Positions 1-10,045 of a stretch of 64,000 nucleotides of DNA are shown here, piece by piece. The notes beneath the pieces are model-generated. The model was not told the origin of the DNA, ran no database searches, and saw only the letters and a list, made by a program, of their open reading frames with translations. A program made the position numbers and the translations under genes. Numbering within the stretch: position 1 is the stretch's first letter; every line of letters starts with the position of its first letter. This DNA comes from an uncultured Bacilli bacterium (lineage in GTDB: Bacteria; Bacillota_I; Bacilli_A; RF39; UBA660), in assembly GCA_934141245.1 (NCBI GenBank), contig CAKPCB010000003.1:66596-130595 (forward strand), written 5' to 3'.

Positions 1-494
1 TAATTGATGACAATGGTGATAATTTAGAAATTCACATATTTAATAATAAGATTTTATTTAAAAATAATAATTTATTGTTTCAATCTCGCTTGATAAGTGG
101 AAATTATCCAAATATTAATAATTTAATACCAACAGATTCGTTTTTAAAAATTTCTGCAAATCTTGATGATATATATAATGTTATAGATAGGGCAAGTATC
201 TTAACTTCAGATAAAGAAAAAAACATAGTAACATTAGAGACTAACGGAAATATGTTAATTGTAAAATCATCATCTGCAGAAGTTGGTCGTGTTGAAGAAA
301 AAATGAGTATTATTAAAAATAATGATGAAAATATTAAAATTTCATTTAGTGCTAAGTATATGCTTGAAGCCTTGAAATCATTTAGTGGTAAAAATATTGA
401 AATGTCATTTGTAGGTGAAGTAAAACCAATAATTGTAAAGGATGATGAAGAAGAAAATCTAATACAATTAGTATTACCAATCAGAACATATTAA
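1..494 (+). CDS. dnaN: DNA polymerase III beta sliding clamp, C-terminal part (5' end lies outside the window)
   Basis: ORF 75..494 translates to a typical DnaN C-terminus (…EMSFVGEVKPIIVKDDEEENLIQLVLPIRTY). The reading frame is open to the window edge. recF/gyrB/gyrA follow, as at bacterial origins. Confidence 0.85.
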   Translation, partial: IDDNGDNLEIHIFNNKILFKNNNLLFQSRLISGNYPNINNLIPTDSFLKISANLDDIYNVIDRASILTSDKEKNIVTLETNGNMLIVKSSSAEVGRVEEKMSIIKNNDENIKISFSAKYMLEALKSFSGKNIEMSFVGEVKPIIVKDDEEENLIQLVLPIRTY

Positions 495-512
495 TAAAAA
501 TAAAAATAAAAA

Positions 513-541
513 TTATATGCTGTAATAGCATATTTTTTTTG
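513..541 (+). terminator. Rho-independent terminator after dnaN
   Basis: Hairpin ATATGCT-gtaat-AGCATAT followed by T8, directly after the dnaN stop codon. Confidence 0.5.
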
Positions 542-635
542 CAAAAAATAAGACAAAATTCGAACAATTTCGACATATGAATATGGTATATTTTTCGACA
601 GAATTTTTAATTTTGAAATTCTAAGGGGGATAATT

Positions 636-1094
636 ATGAATAATTATGAAATTAATGAAGAAACAATTGCAGTGATGCCTATTGAATATGAAAAGACTAA
701 AATTATAGAATCTAATAATGAATATATAATAAATTCAAAAGCATATTCAGTAATGGATCAAAATTGTAAATATTATGGAAGTACATATAATGGAAGGTTA
801 AAAGCAGCCAAAGAAATCTTAAATTGTTCTTATAAACTACCAATTTTAGTTGAAGAAAGTCAAAATATAATATTTTTTCCAACAAAATCGTCTTTAGAAG
901 ATGATTGCATGTGGATAAACTTTAATTTTATAAAGGAAATCAAAAAATGTGACAATGGAAGTGAGATTTATTTTAAAAATAATAAGTCTATTAAAACTAA
1001 TATTTCTAAATTGTCTATTGAAAATCAAATATCACGTTCAACTAGACTTAGTTATATAGTTGAACAGAGAAAAAAGAAGATAAGATTATATTAA
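636..1094 (+). CDS. comK: ComK-family competence transcription factor homolog
   Basis: Shares the ComK family block pattern with B. subtilis ComK: TIAVMP, CKYYGSTYNGR, KLPILV, QNIIFFPTKS and DCMWINF. RBS AAGGGGG lies upstream. The gene occupies the yaaA slot between dnaN and recF. Confidence 0.7.
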   Translation: MNNYEINEETIAVMPIEYEKTKIIESNNEYIINSKAYSVMDQNCKYYGSTYNGRLKAAKEILNCSYKLPILVEESQNIIFFPTKSSLEDDCMWINFNFIKEIKKCDNGSEIYFKNNKSIKTNISKLSIENQISRSTRLSYIVEQRKKKIRLY

Positions 1095-1196
1095 AAATAC
1101 TTTTTTTTCTTTATTTTTGTGGTATAATTGATATGTATGTATAGGGCTACACAGAATAGGTAAAGGTGATTTTATGGGGTTTTTAGGGGCTTTTAC

Positions 1197-2324
1197 ATGA
1201 ATTTATCTCAATTAACTTTAAAAAATTATAGAAATTATGAAAATGCAATACTAAATTTTAATAATAAGATTAATATAATCATAGGCGATAATGCCCAAGG
1301 TAAAACTAATATATTAGAGGCCATATATTTTTTAGCTATAACTAAATCATATAGAACATCTGATGATGTTAATCTTATAAGAACAGGTACTTTTCAAAGT
1401 GTTGTATCAGCTAAAGCAAAGATAAATGGAATGTCAAAAAAGATAAGTATCACATTTAATAAAAATACAAAAAAAATTGTATTTAATAATAATCCTGTAA
1501 AAAAATTATCCGAATTTATTGGAGTCTTAAAAATAGTATTAATGGCTCCAGAGGATATTGATATTATAAAAGGATCACCATCTATTAGAAGAAATTTTTT
1601 AAATATTGAATTAAGTAAAATGTCTAAAGATTATATTAATAAATATAATGAGTACAATAAATTGTTAAAAATGCGTAATGATTACTTGAAATTATTGATG
1701 ACAAACAATATTGCTGATCATAGATATTTAGATATTATAACTGATAAATTAATAGATAGAGCTGTATATATATATAGGAAAAGATTTGAATTTTTATGTA
1801 AGATAAATTACTACTTGGATTCAATTTATGATAATATCACTTTTGGTAGAAAATTAAAGATTGTTTATGAGCCTAATATAGATATAAAATTATTTGATGA
1901 TGAAAATATCAAAAAAAGTTTAAAGTATAAATATGATAGTAATTTGAATAAGGAAATGTCATTGGGTATGACAATCTATGGTCCACATAGGGATGATTTT
2001 TTGTTTTTAATTGATGACAAAAATATAGAATTTTTTGGTTCACAAGGTCAACAAAAATTAGCAGTAATTGCATTAAAATTATCAATTGTTTATGTTTTAA
2101 ATGAATTAACTAATGAGATGCCTATATTACTTTTAGATGATATTTTTAGTGAAGTAGATAAAAAAAAGAAAAATAAAATACTAGAATATATAAAAAATAT
2201 AGGTCAGGTAGTAATAACTACAAACGATATCAAAGATATAAATAAAAATAAATTAGATGATGTCAAGATCATAAAAATTAAAAATCAAAAAATAACAGAA
2301 AAGGGTGGTAAAAATGGAAGATAG
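1197..2324 (+). CDS. recF: DNA replication and repair protein RecF
   Basis: N-terminal Walker A ([15 protein letters not shown]) and RecF-typical length. Position dnaN-recF-gyrB is conserved. Confidence 0.9.
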   Translation: MNLSQLTLKNYRNYENAILNFNNKINIIIGDNAQGKTNILEAIYFLAITKSYRTSDDVNLIRTGTFQSVVSAKAKINGMSKKISITFNKNTKKIVFNNNPVKKLSEFIGVLKIVLMAPEDIDIIKGSPSIRRNFLNIELSKMSKDYINKYNEYNKLLKMRNDYLKLLMTNNIADHRYLDIITDKLIDRAVYIYRKRFEFLCKINYYLDSIYDNITFGRKLKIVYEPNIDIKLFDDENIKKSLKYKYDSNLNKEMSLGMTIYGPHRDDFLFLIDDKNIEFFGSQGQQKLAVIALKLSIVYVLNELTNEMPILLLDDIFSEVDKKKKNKILEYIKNIGQVVITTNDIKDINKNKLDDVKIIKIKNQKITEKGGKNGR

Positions 2325-4230
2325 TCATTATGATTCGTCCTCAATACAAGTTTTAGAGGGCTTAGAAGCTGTAAGAAAAAGGCCAGGTATGTACATTGGT
2401 ACAACAGATGTTAAAGGATTACATCATTTGGTATGGGAAATTGTAGATAATTCAATAGATGAATCATTAGCAGGTTATTGTAATAATATTGAAATTGTTA
2501 TTAATAAAGATAATTCTATAACTGTTAAAGATGATGGAAGAGGAATACCAACTGAAATCCATCCAAAAACAAAAATTTCTACTGTTGAAACTGTTTATAC
2601 TGTATTACATGCAGGCGGAAAATTTGGTGGTGGAGGTTATAAAGTTTCTGGTGGATTACATGGCGTAGGTGCAAGTGTTGTTAATGCACTTAGTAAATGG
2701 CTTGAAGTTAAAGTGTATAAAAATGGCGAAGTTTACTATATTAAATTTCAAAATGGTGGACATACAGTAGAACCATTACATGTAATTGATAAGTGTAGTG
2801 CAAACAGAACAGGAACTACAGTAACATTTAAGCCTGATCCAGATATTTTTGATACAGATATATATGATTATGACACTTTAAAGGTAAGAATTAGAGAATT
2901 AGCATTTTTAAATAGAGGTCTTTCATTAACTTTAAGAGATGATAGGGATATGGAGGATACTACTGGTGAAACATTCTTATATGAAGGTGGAATAAGCGAA
3001 TATGTAAAATTTATAAACAAAGAAAAAACACCTGTACATGAAGATATAATTCATTTTCAAGGTGAAGAAGATGGCGTTTTCTTTGAAGTAGCTATGCAAT
3101 ATAATACAAGTTACAATGATAATATATATTCCTTTGTCAATAATATAAATACACATGATGGAGGGACACACGAGGAAGGTGTAAAAAGAGCACTAACACG
3201 TGTTATTAATAATTATGCTAGAAAAGTTAATCTATTAAAAGAAAAAGATGATTCCTTAACAAGTGAAGATGTTAAAGAAGGTTTAACCATGATTATTTCT
3301 TGTAAACATCCAAATCCACAATTTGAGGGTCAAACAAAGGGAAGATTAGGTAATTCAGAGGTTAGAAAGTTAGCAGATAGTGTTTTCTCAAAAGGGTTTG
3401 AAAGATTTTTGCTAGAAAATCCAGAAGAGGCAAAAGCAATTATAAATAAGGCTATGTTGGCTTCAAGAGCAAGAAATGCAGCAAAAAAAGCACGTGAAAT
3501 AACAAGAAAAAGTGATTTGGCGATGACAAACTTTTTCGGTAAATTATCTGATTGCAAGAGTAAAGATCCAAATGTTTCTGAGATTTTTATTGTCGAGGGA
3601 GATTCAGCAGGTGGTTCAGCAAAAAAAGGTAGAGATTCAATGACACAGGCAATTTTGCCATTAAGAGGTAAAATATTAAATGTTGAAAAATCTAGACTAG
3701 ATAGAGCACTATCTAATGAGGAAATACGTACTATAATTACTGCATTTGGAACAGGTGTCGGTGATGATTTTAATCTTGATAAGTTGAGATATAATAAGAT
3801 AATCATAATGACAGATGCAGATGTTGATGGTTCTCATATAAGAGTTCTACTTTTAACATTGTTTTATAGATTTTTTAAGCCTATAGTGGAAGCAGGACAT
3901 ATATATGCTGCACAACCACCTTTATATAGAATAATGCATGGTAAAACAAGAAAATATGTTTTAAATGATGAAGAATTAGAAGAATATTTGAAAACTCTAC
4001 CAAGTAATACAAAAAGAGAAATAGCGCGTATGAAAGGTTTAGGTGAAATGGATCCTGATGAATTAAATGAAACAACTATGGATATTGAAAAAAGAGTATT
4101 AAGAAAAATAACTGTAGATGATTGTATGGCAGCTGATTCAATATTTTCAAAATTAATGGGTGATGAAGTAGAACCACGTAGAAAATTCATTGAAGAAAAT
4201 GCTGGATATGTACAAAACTTAGATATTTAG
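2314..4230 (+). CDS. gyrB: DNA gyrase subunit B
   Basis: [30 protein letters not shown]… GHKL ATPase and TOPRIM motifs. C-terminus …[11 protein letters not shown]. The likely start is the ATG at 2314, inside the longer ORF that opens at 2305. Confidence 0.95.
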   Translation: MEDSHYDSSSIQVLEGLEAVRKRPGMYIGTTDVKGLHHLVWEIVDNSIDESLAGYCNNIEIVINKDNSITVKDDGRGIPTEIHPKTKISTVETVYTVLHAGGKFGGGGYKVSGGLHGVGASVVNALSKWLEVKVYKNGEVYYIKFQNGGHTVEPLHVIDKCSANRTGTTVTFKPDPDIFDTDIYDYDTLKVRIRELAFLNRGLSLTLRDDRDMEDTTGETFLYEGGISEYVKFINKEKTPVHEDIIHFQGEEDGVFFEVAMQYNTSYNDNIYSFVNNINTHDGGTHEEGVKRALTRVINNYARKVNLLKEKDDSLTSEDVKEGLTMIISCKHPNPQFEGQTKGRLGNSEVRKLADSVFSKGFERFLLENPEEAKAIINKAMLASRARNAAKKAREITRKSDLAMTNFFGKLSDCKSKDPNVSEIFIVEGDSAGGSAKKGRDSMTQAILPLRGKILNVEKSRLDRALSNEEIRTIITAFGTGVGDDFNLDKLRYNKIIIMTDADVDGSHIRVLLLTLFYRFFKPIVEAGHIYAAQPPLYRIMHGKTRKYVLNDEELEEYLKTLPSNTKREIARMKGLGEMDPDELNETTMDIEKRVLRKITVDDCMAADSIFSKLMGDEVEPRRKFIEENAGYVQNLDI

Positions 4231-4238
4231 GGGGTATT

Positions 4239-6746
4239 ATGGATAACAATAGTAATAACAATGAAAATGAAATATTTGATGAATCACTTGAAAGAGTAAA
4301 TATGAAAAATGAATTTAGTGGATATTTTCATGAAAGAGATAGTCTAGCAGAAAATAACATAGTTGATGAAGTTAAAACATCATTCTTGGAATATTCAGTT
4401 AGTGTTATAGCATCTCGTGCTTTGCCTGATCTAAGAGATGGATTAAAACCAGTACACAGACGTATTTTATGGTCAATGTATGAATCTGGATATACTCCGG
4501 ATAAACCTCATAGAAAAAGTGCTAAAACTGTTGGTGAAGTTATGGGTAATTATCATCCACATGGCGATAGTTCAATTTATGAGGCAATGGTACGATTGGC
4601 TCAAGATTTCAATCAAAGATATATGTTGATTGATGGTCATGGTAATTTTGGTAACATAGAAGGTGACGGCGCTGCTGCAATGCGTTATACAGAGTCAAGA
4701 CTTGCAAAAATATCACTAGAATTATTAAGAGATATAAATAAAGATACTGTTGACATGGATGATAATTTTGATGCAACTAGAAAAGAACCAAAAATTTTAC
4801 CTTCAAGATTTCCTAACGTTCTTGTTAATGGTTCTATGGGTATTGCGGTTGGTATGGCAACAAATATTCCTCCACATAATTTAGGTGAAGTAATTGATGG
4901 ATGTATTGCATATATAGATAATCCCGAAATTGATGTTTTTGGACTAATGCAATATATAAAAGGACCAGATTTCCCGACAGGAGGTATTATTTTAGGTAAT
5001 TCCGGAATAAAAAAAGCATATGAAACAGGAAGAGGAACGATAACTATACGTAGTAAAGCTGTAATAGAAGAAGTTGGTAACCATAGTAACATAATAATAA
5101 CAGAGGTTCCATATGGTATAAATACAATGGAATTAAAAAATAAAGTTGCTGAACTAGTTCATAATAAAACTATTGAGGGAATTGCAGATTATCATACGGA
5201 CTTAAAAGATGGTGTAAAAATTACAATTACACTAAAAAAAGATGCTAATGCACAGGTTGTATTAAATAATTTGTATAAGCATACTAATTTTCAAATAACA
5301 TATGGAATAATATTATTAATGCTTGATGGTTTAACACCTAAAACTTTAGATTTAAAATCAATTATTTCTAAATATATTGATCATCAAAAAGAAGTTATAA
5401 TAAGAAGAACAAAATTTGATTTAATAAAAGATGAAAAAAGAGTTCATATTTTAGAGGGATACAAAATTGCACAGGATAATATAGATGAAGTTGTTAAAAT
5501 AATAAAATCAGCATCAAGCGATATAGAAGCAAAGGCAAATTTAGTATCAAAATTTTCATTAACTGAGATTCAGGCAGATGCTATATTAGAATTGAAGTTA
5601 AGACGTTTAACAGGACTAGAAAGAGAAAAAATAGAAGCAGAACTAACTCAATTATTGGAAGAAATAGCTGAGTTAAAATCAATTTTATCTTCTGAACAAA
5701 AAGTTCTTGATATAATTAAAAAAGAAATGTTGGAAATAAAAAATAAATATTCTGATGAGAGAAGAACACATATTGATATGACAGCTATTGAATATATAGA
5801 AGATGAGTCATTGATTCCTGTTCAAAAAACAATTATAGCATTAACAAAAAAAGGTTATATAAAAAGAATGTTAACAGATAATTATCGTACTCAAAATCGT
5901 GGTGGTGTAGGAATTAAAGGCATGACAACTAATGAAGAAGATTATATTGATAAAATGATAAATGCTGAAACACATGACTTTATACTATTCTTTAGTAATA
6001 AGGGGAAAGTATATAAAATGAAAGGTTATGAGATTCCAGAATTTAGCAGGCAATCAAAAGGTTTGCCAATTGTTAATTTATTGTCTCTTGAACATGATGA
6101 AAAGATTACATCAATAATTTCATTGGAAAGGGAGAATGTATCGAACAAATATTTGATATTTTTTACTAAAAATGGAATTGTAAAAAGAACAGCAATTGAA
6201 GAATTTGATAATATTAGAACTAATGGTAAAAAAGCTATTATTTTAAAAGAAAATGATGAATTAATTTCAGTTGGTAAATCTACTGGTAATAATGAAATTA
6301 TGATTGGTGCAAGTAATGGTAGAATGGTTAGATTTAAAGAAGAAGAAATAAGAATAATGAGTCGTAGTAGTACGGGTGTGAAGGGAATCGAATTTACTAA
6401 TTCATACGTAGTTGGGGCAGAAGTTGTTTCAGCTTCAGATCAAATTTTGATTGTAACAGAAAATGGATATGGTAAAAAAACAAATATAGATGAATATAGA
6501 TTAACACATCGTGGAAGCAAAGGCGTAAAAGCTTTAAATATAACAGAAAAAAATGGAAATATGATTTCATTAAAAACTTTAAAGAATGATGAAGATGTAT
6601 TAATTATAACTAATAACGGAATAATTATAAGAATTTCTTCTGAGCAAATTTCTCAACTAGGAAGAAATACACAAGGTGTTAGATTAATTAATTTAAAAGA
6701 TAATCAAAAAGTTTCTACTATAAGTTTAGTATCAAAAGATGAATAG
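4239..6746 (+). CDS. gyrA: DNA gyrase subunit A
   Basis: YSVSVIASRALPDLRDGLKPVHRRILWSMYE, active-site Tyr region and C-terminal beta-pinwheel repeats. 835 aa. Confidence 0.95.
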   Translation: MDNNSNNNENEIFDESLERVNMKNEFSGYFHERDSLAENNIVDEVKTSFLEYSVSVIASRALPDLRDGLKPVHRRILWSMYESGYTPDKPHRKSAKTVGEVMGNYHPHGDSSIYEAMVRLAQDFNQRYMLIDGHGNFGNIEGDGAAAMRYTESRLAKISLELLRDINKDTVDMDDNFDATRKEPKILPSRFPNVLVNGSMGIAVGMATNIPPHNLGEVIDGCIAYIDNPEIDVFGLMQYIKGPDFPTGGIILGNSGIKKAYETGRGTITIRSKAVIEEVGNHSNIIITEVPYGINTMELKNKVAELVHNKTIEGIADYHTDLKDGVKITITLKKDANAQVVLNNLYKHTNFQITYGIILLMLDGLTPKTLDLKSIISKYIDHQKEVIIRRTKFDLIKDEKRVHILEGYKIAQDNIDEVVKIIKSASSDIEAKANLVSKFSLTEIQADAILELKLRRLTGLEREKIEAELTQLLEEIAELKSILSSEQKVLDIIKKEMLEIKNKYSDERRTHIDMTAIEYIEDESLIPVQKTIIALTKKGYIKRMLTDNYRTQNRGGVGIKGMTTNEEDYIDKMINAETHDFILFFSNKGKVYKMKGYEIPEFSRQSKGLPIVNLLSLEHDEKITSIISLERENVSNKYLIFFTKNGIVKRTAIEEFDNIRTNGKKAIILKENDELISVGKSTGNNEIMIGASNGRMVRFKEEEIRIMSRSSTGVKGIEFTNSYVVGAEVVSASDQILIVTENGYGKKTNIDEYRLTHRGSKGVKALNITEKNGNMISLKTLKNDEDVLIITNNGIIIRISSEQISQLGRNTQGVRLINLKDNQKVSTISLVSKDE

Positions 6747-6797
6747 AATATTTCCCGGGAAATATTTTTTAACGTTTCACGTGAAACATTAAAAAAA
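6747..6797. repeat. Tandem perfect palindromes: AATATTTCCCGGGAAATATT (6747-6766)+T4 and AACGTTTCACGTGAAACATT (6771-6790)+A7. Likely the gyrA terminator or a bidirectional terminator. Copy set 1.
   Basis: Read directly. Two adjacent GC-cored palindromes in an AT-rich background, each flanked by T/A runs. The same pair recurs at 7362-7458. Confidence 0.6.
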
Positions 6798-6799
6798 TA

Positions 6800-6828
6800 T
6801 TGTATTTATATTTAAAATATAGTAATAT
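6800..6828 (+). promoter_or_regulatory. Sigma-A-like promoter for the SRP RNA (TTGTAT -17 nt- TAATAT)
   Basis: -35 TTGTAT at 6800-6805, 17-nt spacer, -10 TAATAT at 6823-6828. The predicted RNA 5' end lies ~7 nt downstream. Confidence 0.4.
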
Positions 6829-6834
6829 AGCTTT

Positions 6835-6914
6835 GATGCAATAAATATATTGGAATCAGGTCAGGATTGGAAGATAGCAGCCTTAACAATTAATATTTAT
6901 GTGCATCATTTTTT
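6835..6914 (+). ncRNA. ffs: Small SRP RNA (4.5S/scRNA-type, domain IV only)
   Basis: Contains CAGGTCAGG-ATT-GGAA-GAT-AGCAGCC. This matches the universally conserved SRP RNA helix-8 motif (E. coli CAGGUCAGG-UCC-GGAA-GGA-AGCAGCC), and the base pairs closing the GGAA tetraloop covary. A long terminal stem (GATGCAATAAATATATTGG / CCTTAACAATTAATATTTATGTGCATC) is followed by a T6 run. A promoter lies upstream. Confidence 0.6.
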
Positions 6915-6925
6915 ATGGAGAATTT

Positions 6926-7363
6926 ATGAATGATTATATATTTGAAAAATTGTTTAAATTAGAAAAAAAAGCTTTTAAAAAAAATGAAATTCCTGTGGGT
7001 GCCATTATTGTCTATAATAACAAAATAATAGCGCAAGCTTATAATAAACGTGAAAAATCCAACATGATTGCAAATCATGCAGAAATATTAGCAATTCATA
7101 AAGCTGCAAAAAAATTAAATACATGGAAATTATATAATTGTATATTATACGTATCTTTATTTCCATGTCCTATGTGTGCTTCTGCAATACAACAATCTAG
7201 AATAAAAAAAGTGTATTATATCAATGATTCATACAATCTTGCTCAAAAAAAGATTTCTGAAAACATATTAAAAAACAATGAATTGAATCACCAAGTAGAA
7301 TATGAAAAAACAACATTCGATTCCAATAGTTTATCAAAGTTTTTTAAAAAAATTAGAAGTTAA
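6926..7363 (+). CDS. tadA: tRNA-specific adenosine deaminase
   Basis: CDA zinc-binding motifs HAE…PCPMCASAI. The ATG at 6926 has a GGAG RBS. The ORF-track start at 6899 lies inside the SRP RNA terminator, so the later start is preferred. Confidence 0.85.
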   Translation: MNDYIFEKLFKLEKKAFKKNEIPVGAIIVYNNKIIAQAYNKREKSNMIANHAEILAIHKAAKKLNTWKLYNCILYVSLFPCPMCASAIQQSRIKKVYYINDSYNLAQKKISENILKNNELNHQVEYEKTTFDSNSLSKFFKKIRS

Positions 7364-7458
7364 TGTTTCACGTGAAACATTAACTTATGATTTTTGATCT
7401 GTTTATTATTAAAAAATATTTCCCGGGAAATATTTTTTTAATGTTTCACGTGAAACAT
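7362..7458. repeat. Second copy set of the paired palindromes: AATGTTTCACGTGAAACATT (7362-7381), AATATTTCCCGGGAAATATT (7415-7434)+T5, ATGTTTCACGTGAAACAT (7441-7458)
   Basis: Read directly. The first palindrome overlaps the tadA stop codon. Together with 6747-6790 these elements bracket ffs-tadA. They are probably terminators, or operator-like sites. Confidence 0.6.
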
Positions 7459-7504
7459 GTGTATTATTATGATAAAAATGTTATAATGAATTTGGGGTGT
7501 TTTT

Positions 7505-9103
7505 ATGAAATATCAAAGCTTATATAGAAAATATAGACCAACTAGTTTTGAAGAAGTATATGGTCAAAAAAACGTAAAAAAAATATTGAGAAATTCAATA
7601 ATTAAAAATCAAATTTCACATGCATATTTGTTTTATGGTCCAAGAGGCACAGGTAAAACCTCAATAGCAAAAATGTTTGCTAGAATATGCAATTGTTTAA
7701 ATAATCAAAATGGAGAATGCTGCAATCAATGTCAAAATTGTATTGAAAGTTCTCAAAAATCATGTGTCGATATTATTGAAATAGATGCGGCTTCAAATAA
7801 TGGTGTTGATGAAATTAGAGAATTAAAAAATAAAATTAACTTAGTTCCAAATAAATTAAAATATAAAGTATATATAATTGATGAAGTTCACATGCTATCT
7901 ATTGGCGCATTTAATGCATTACTTAAAACACTTGAAGAACCTCCAGAACATATAATATTTATTTTAGCAACTACTGAATATCAAAAAGTTCCAGCAACGA
8001 TAATATCACGCTGTCAAACCTTAGAATTTAAAAAAATTGATGTTTTAGATTTGTATGATAGGTTAAAAGAAATCTCTGAAAAAGAAAATATTAATATATC
8101 AGATTCTGCTTTAAAAGAAATAGCAAAATATTCTGATGGTGGAATGAGGGATGCTATAGGTATTTTGGAAAAGGCCAATTTGTTTAATGATCCACAAAAT
8201 GAAATTTCATTAGATGATATTCATGAATGTTATGGAATGATATCTGATGAAGACATTAATGAATTATTCAATCTTATACAAAATAGAAATAAAAATAATT
8301 GCTTGTCATTCATTGAAAACCATATTAACAGTGATAAAGATATATTGAAAATTGTCTCTCAACTTATAAAAAAATATAGAGATGAAATTGTTATTAGTAA
8401 AAAATATAATCTGATCAATGAAATAAATTTAATTGATAAATATTATGAGAAAATTAAATTATCTTCAAATTATCGTATTATGTTTGAAATATTAATTGTG
8501 GAATTATGTGAATCAACGAACAAATGTTCAATAAATAATAATGACGAAAATGTGATGGAAATAACAGAAAAAAAACAGGAAAAAAATAAATCTGAATTAC
8601 ATAATTTGGAAAATAATTGTGAATTAAATTCTACTGTTAGAATAAATAATAGTTTTGCAGACGCTGATAAGAATAGTTTGATTATACTAAAGAACAAATG
8701 GAAATTATTAAAGGATTATTCATTTGATTTAAATTTTGGATCTCTTTGCTGTGATTTATCTGATGCGGTTCCGGTAGTATTTGGCAAGAATAATTTAATT
8801 GTTTCTTCCGAATATGAATCCTGTGTTAACAAAATTAATGAAAATTATGATAAATATCAGGAACTAATAAAAAAAATACTTGACTTTGATATTAAAATTG
8901 TTGCAGTATCGCAAGAAAAATGGAAAGAGTTAAAAACAGAATATATTAATAATATAAAATCTGGATATGTGTATAAGTATACAGATGAAGAAAGTGTAGA
9001 AAAAGGAAATAATTTAGTGAATTTAATTAAAAAAGATGATATTATAAGTAGTAGTAATATAACAAATAAAGCAATAGATTTATTTGGCGAAATAACAGTT
9101 TGA
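7505..9103 (+). CDS. dnaX: DNA polymerase III subunits gamma/tau
   Basis: AAA+ Walker A (HAYLFYGPRGTGKTSIAKMFAR), Zn-finger Cys cluster (CNCLNNQNGECCNQCQNC) and DEVHML box. Confidence 0.9.
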   Translation: MKYQSLYRKYRPTSFEEVYGQKNVKKILRNSIIKNQISHAYLFYGPRGTGKTSIAKMFARICNCLNNQNGECCNQCQNCIESSQKSCVDIIEIDAASNNGVDEIRELKNKINLVPNKLKYKVYIIDEVHMLSIGAFNALLKTLEEPPEHIIFILATTEYQKVPATIISRCQTLEFKKIDVLDLYDRLKEISEKENINISDSALKEIAKYSDGGMRDAIGILEKANLFNDPQNEISLDDIHECYGMISDEDINELFNLIQNRNKNNCLSFIENHINSDKDILKIVSQLIKKYRDEIVISKKYNLINEINLIDKYYEKIKLSSNYRIMFEILIVELCESTNKCSINNNDENVMEITEKKQEKNKSELHNLENNCELNSTVRINNSFADADKNSLIILKNKWKLLKDYSFDLNFGSLCCDLSDAVPVVFGKNNLIVSSEYESCVNKINENYDKYQELIKKILDFDIKIVAVSQEKWKELKTEYINNIKSGYVYKYTDEESVEKGNNLVNLIKKDDIISSSNITNKAIDLFGEITV

Positions 9104-9118
9104 AAGGAGAAATAATAT

Positions 9119-9412
9119 ATGAATATGCAAGCAATTATGCGACAAGCTCAAAATTTACAGAAGGAAATGTTAAAAACTAAGGACGAAATAGATGCAAAAA
9201 CTTTTGAATACAATAATTCTGTAATTTCAATAAAGGCAAATGGTAAAAAAGAAATATTAAATATTGATATTAAATTTTCTGAATTTGATAATGAAGATCT
9301 TTTAGAAATAAATGATATAGTAATGGTCGGATTAAATTCATTATTTAAAGATATTGATAATTATACAGAAAGCAAAATGTCAAAGTTTTCAAATATTCCG
9401 GGGTTGTTTTAA
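9119..9412 (+). CDS. ybaB: Nucleoid-associated protein YbaB/EbfC
   Basis: 97 aa, MNMQAIMRQAQNLQKEMLKTKDE… typical YbaB. Conserved dnaX-ybaB-recR order. Confidence 0.85.
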   Translation: MNMQAIMRQAQNLQKEMLKTKDEIDAKTFEYNNSVISIKANGKKEILNIDIKFSEFDNEDLLEINDIVMVGLNSLFKDIDNYTESKMSKFSNIPGLF

Positions 9413-10008
9413 TGTATCCAGATAGTTTGAGAAAATTGATAGAATTCTTTAAATGTTTGCCTGGAATTGGTGAAAAGACTGCCGAGAGGCTAGCTTTTTT
9501 TGTATTACAATTGGACGAAGAAGAAGTATCAGGATTCTCAGAAAGTCTTATTAATGCAAAAAAAAATCTTCATAAGTGTTCTATATGCAATAATATAACT
9601 GAAAATGAAATTTGTAGTATTTGTGCAGATCACTCAAGAAACGGCAATATATTATGTGTTGTAGAAGATGTTAGAAGTTTATATATGTTTGAAAAGTCTA
9701 ATGTTTATAATGGATATTATCATATAATTGAAAATTTAATATCCCCATTAGATGGTATTAATCCAGAAGATATTGGATTAGAAAAATTATTAAAAAGGAT
9801 AAAAGAAGAAAATTTCAAAGAAATAATAATTGCCGTAAAACCAAGTATAGAGGGAGAAACTACAAGCTTATATATTAAAAGAATTCTAGACGGGTTAGAT
9901 ATAAAAGTTACCAGAATAGCAAGCGGTATTCCTATGGGTGCTGATATTGAATACATTGATTTTTTAACATTAGAAAGGGCTATAAATGATAGAAAAGAAA
10001 TAGCATAG
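9412..10008 (+). CDS. recR: Recombination protein RecR
   Basis: HhH (LPGIGEKTAERLAFF), C4 zinc finger (CSICNN…CSICAD) and a Toprim region. Confidence 0.9.
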   Translation: MYPDSLRKLIEFFKCLPGIGEKTAERLAFFVLQLDEEEVSGFSESLINAKKNLHKCSICNNITENEICSICADHSRNGNILCVVEDVRSLYMFEKSNVYNGYYHIIENLISPLDGINPEDIGLEKLLKRIKEENFKEIIIAVKPSIEGETTSLYIKRILDGLDIKVTRIASGIPMGADIEYIDFLTLERAINDRKEIA

Positions 10009-10045
10009 TAAATGGTAAAGTTCATATAATTTATCGGGTGATAAT

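Noticed and set aside
2977-5092. Minus-strand ORFs (2977-3171, 3330-3806, 3864-4190, 3881-4075, 4685-5092) antisense to gyrB and gyrA
   Set aside because: They lie entirely inside strongly supported gyrB/gyrA coding sequence. Their products are low-complexity and hydrophobic, they lack an RBS, and they are typical antisense artefacts of AT-rich DNA.
6899-6925. ORF-track start of tadA at 6899 (MCIIFYGEF…)
   Set aside because: This stretch is the 3' stem and U-tract of the predicted SRP RNA. The ATG at 6926, preceded by GGAG, gives a canonical TadA N-terminus.
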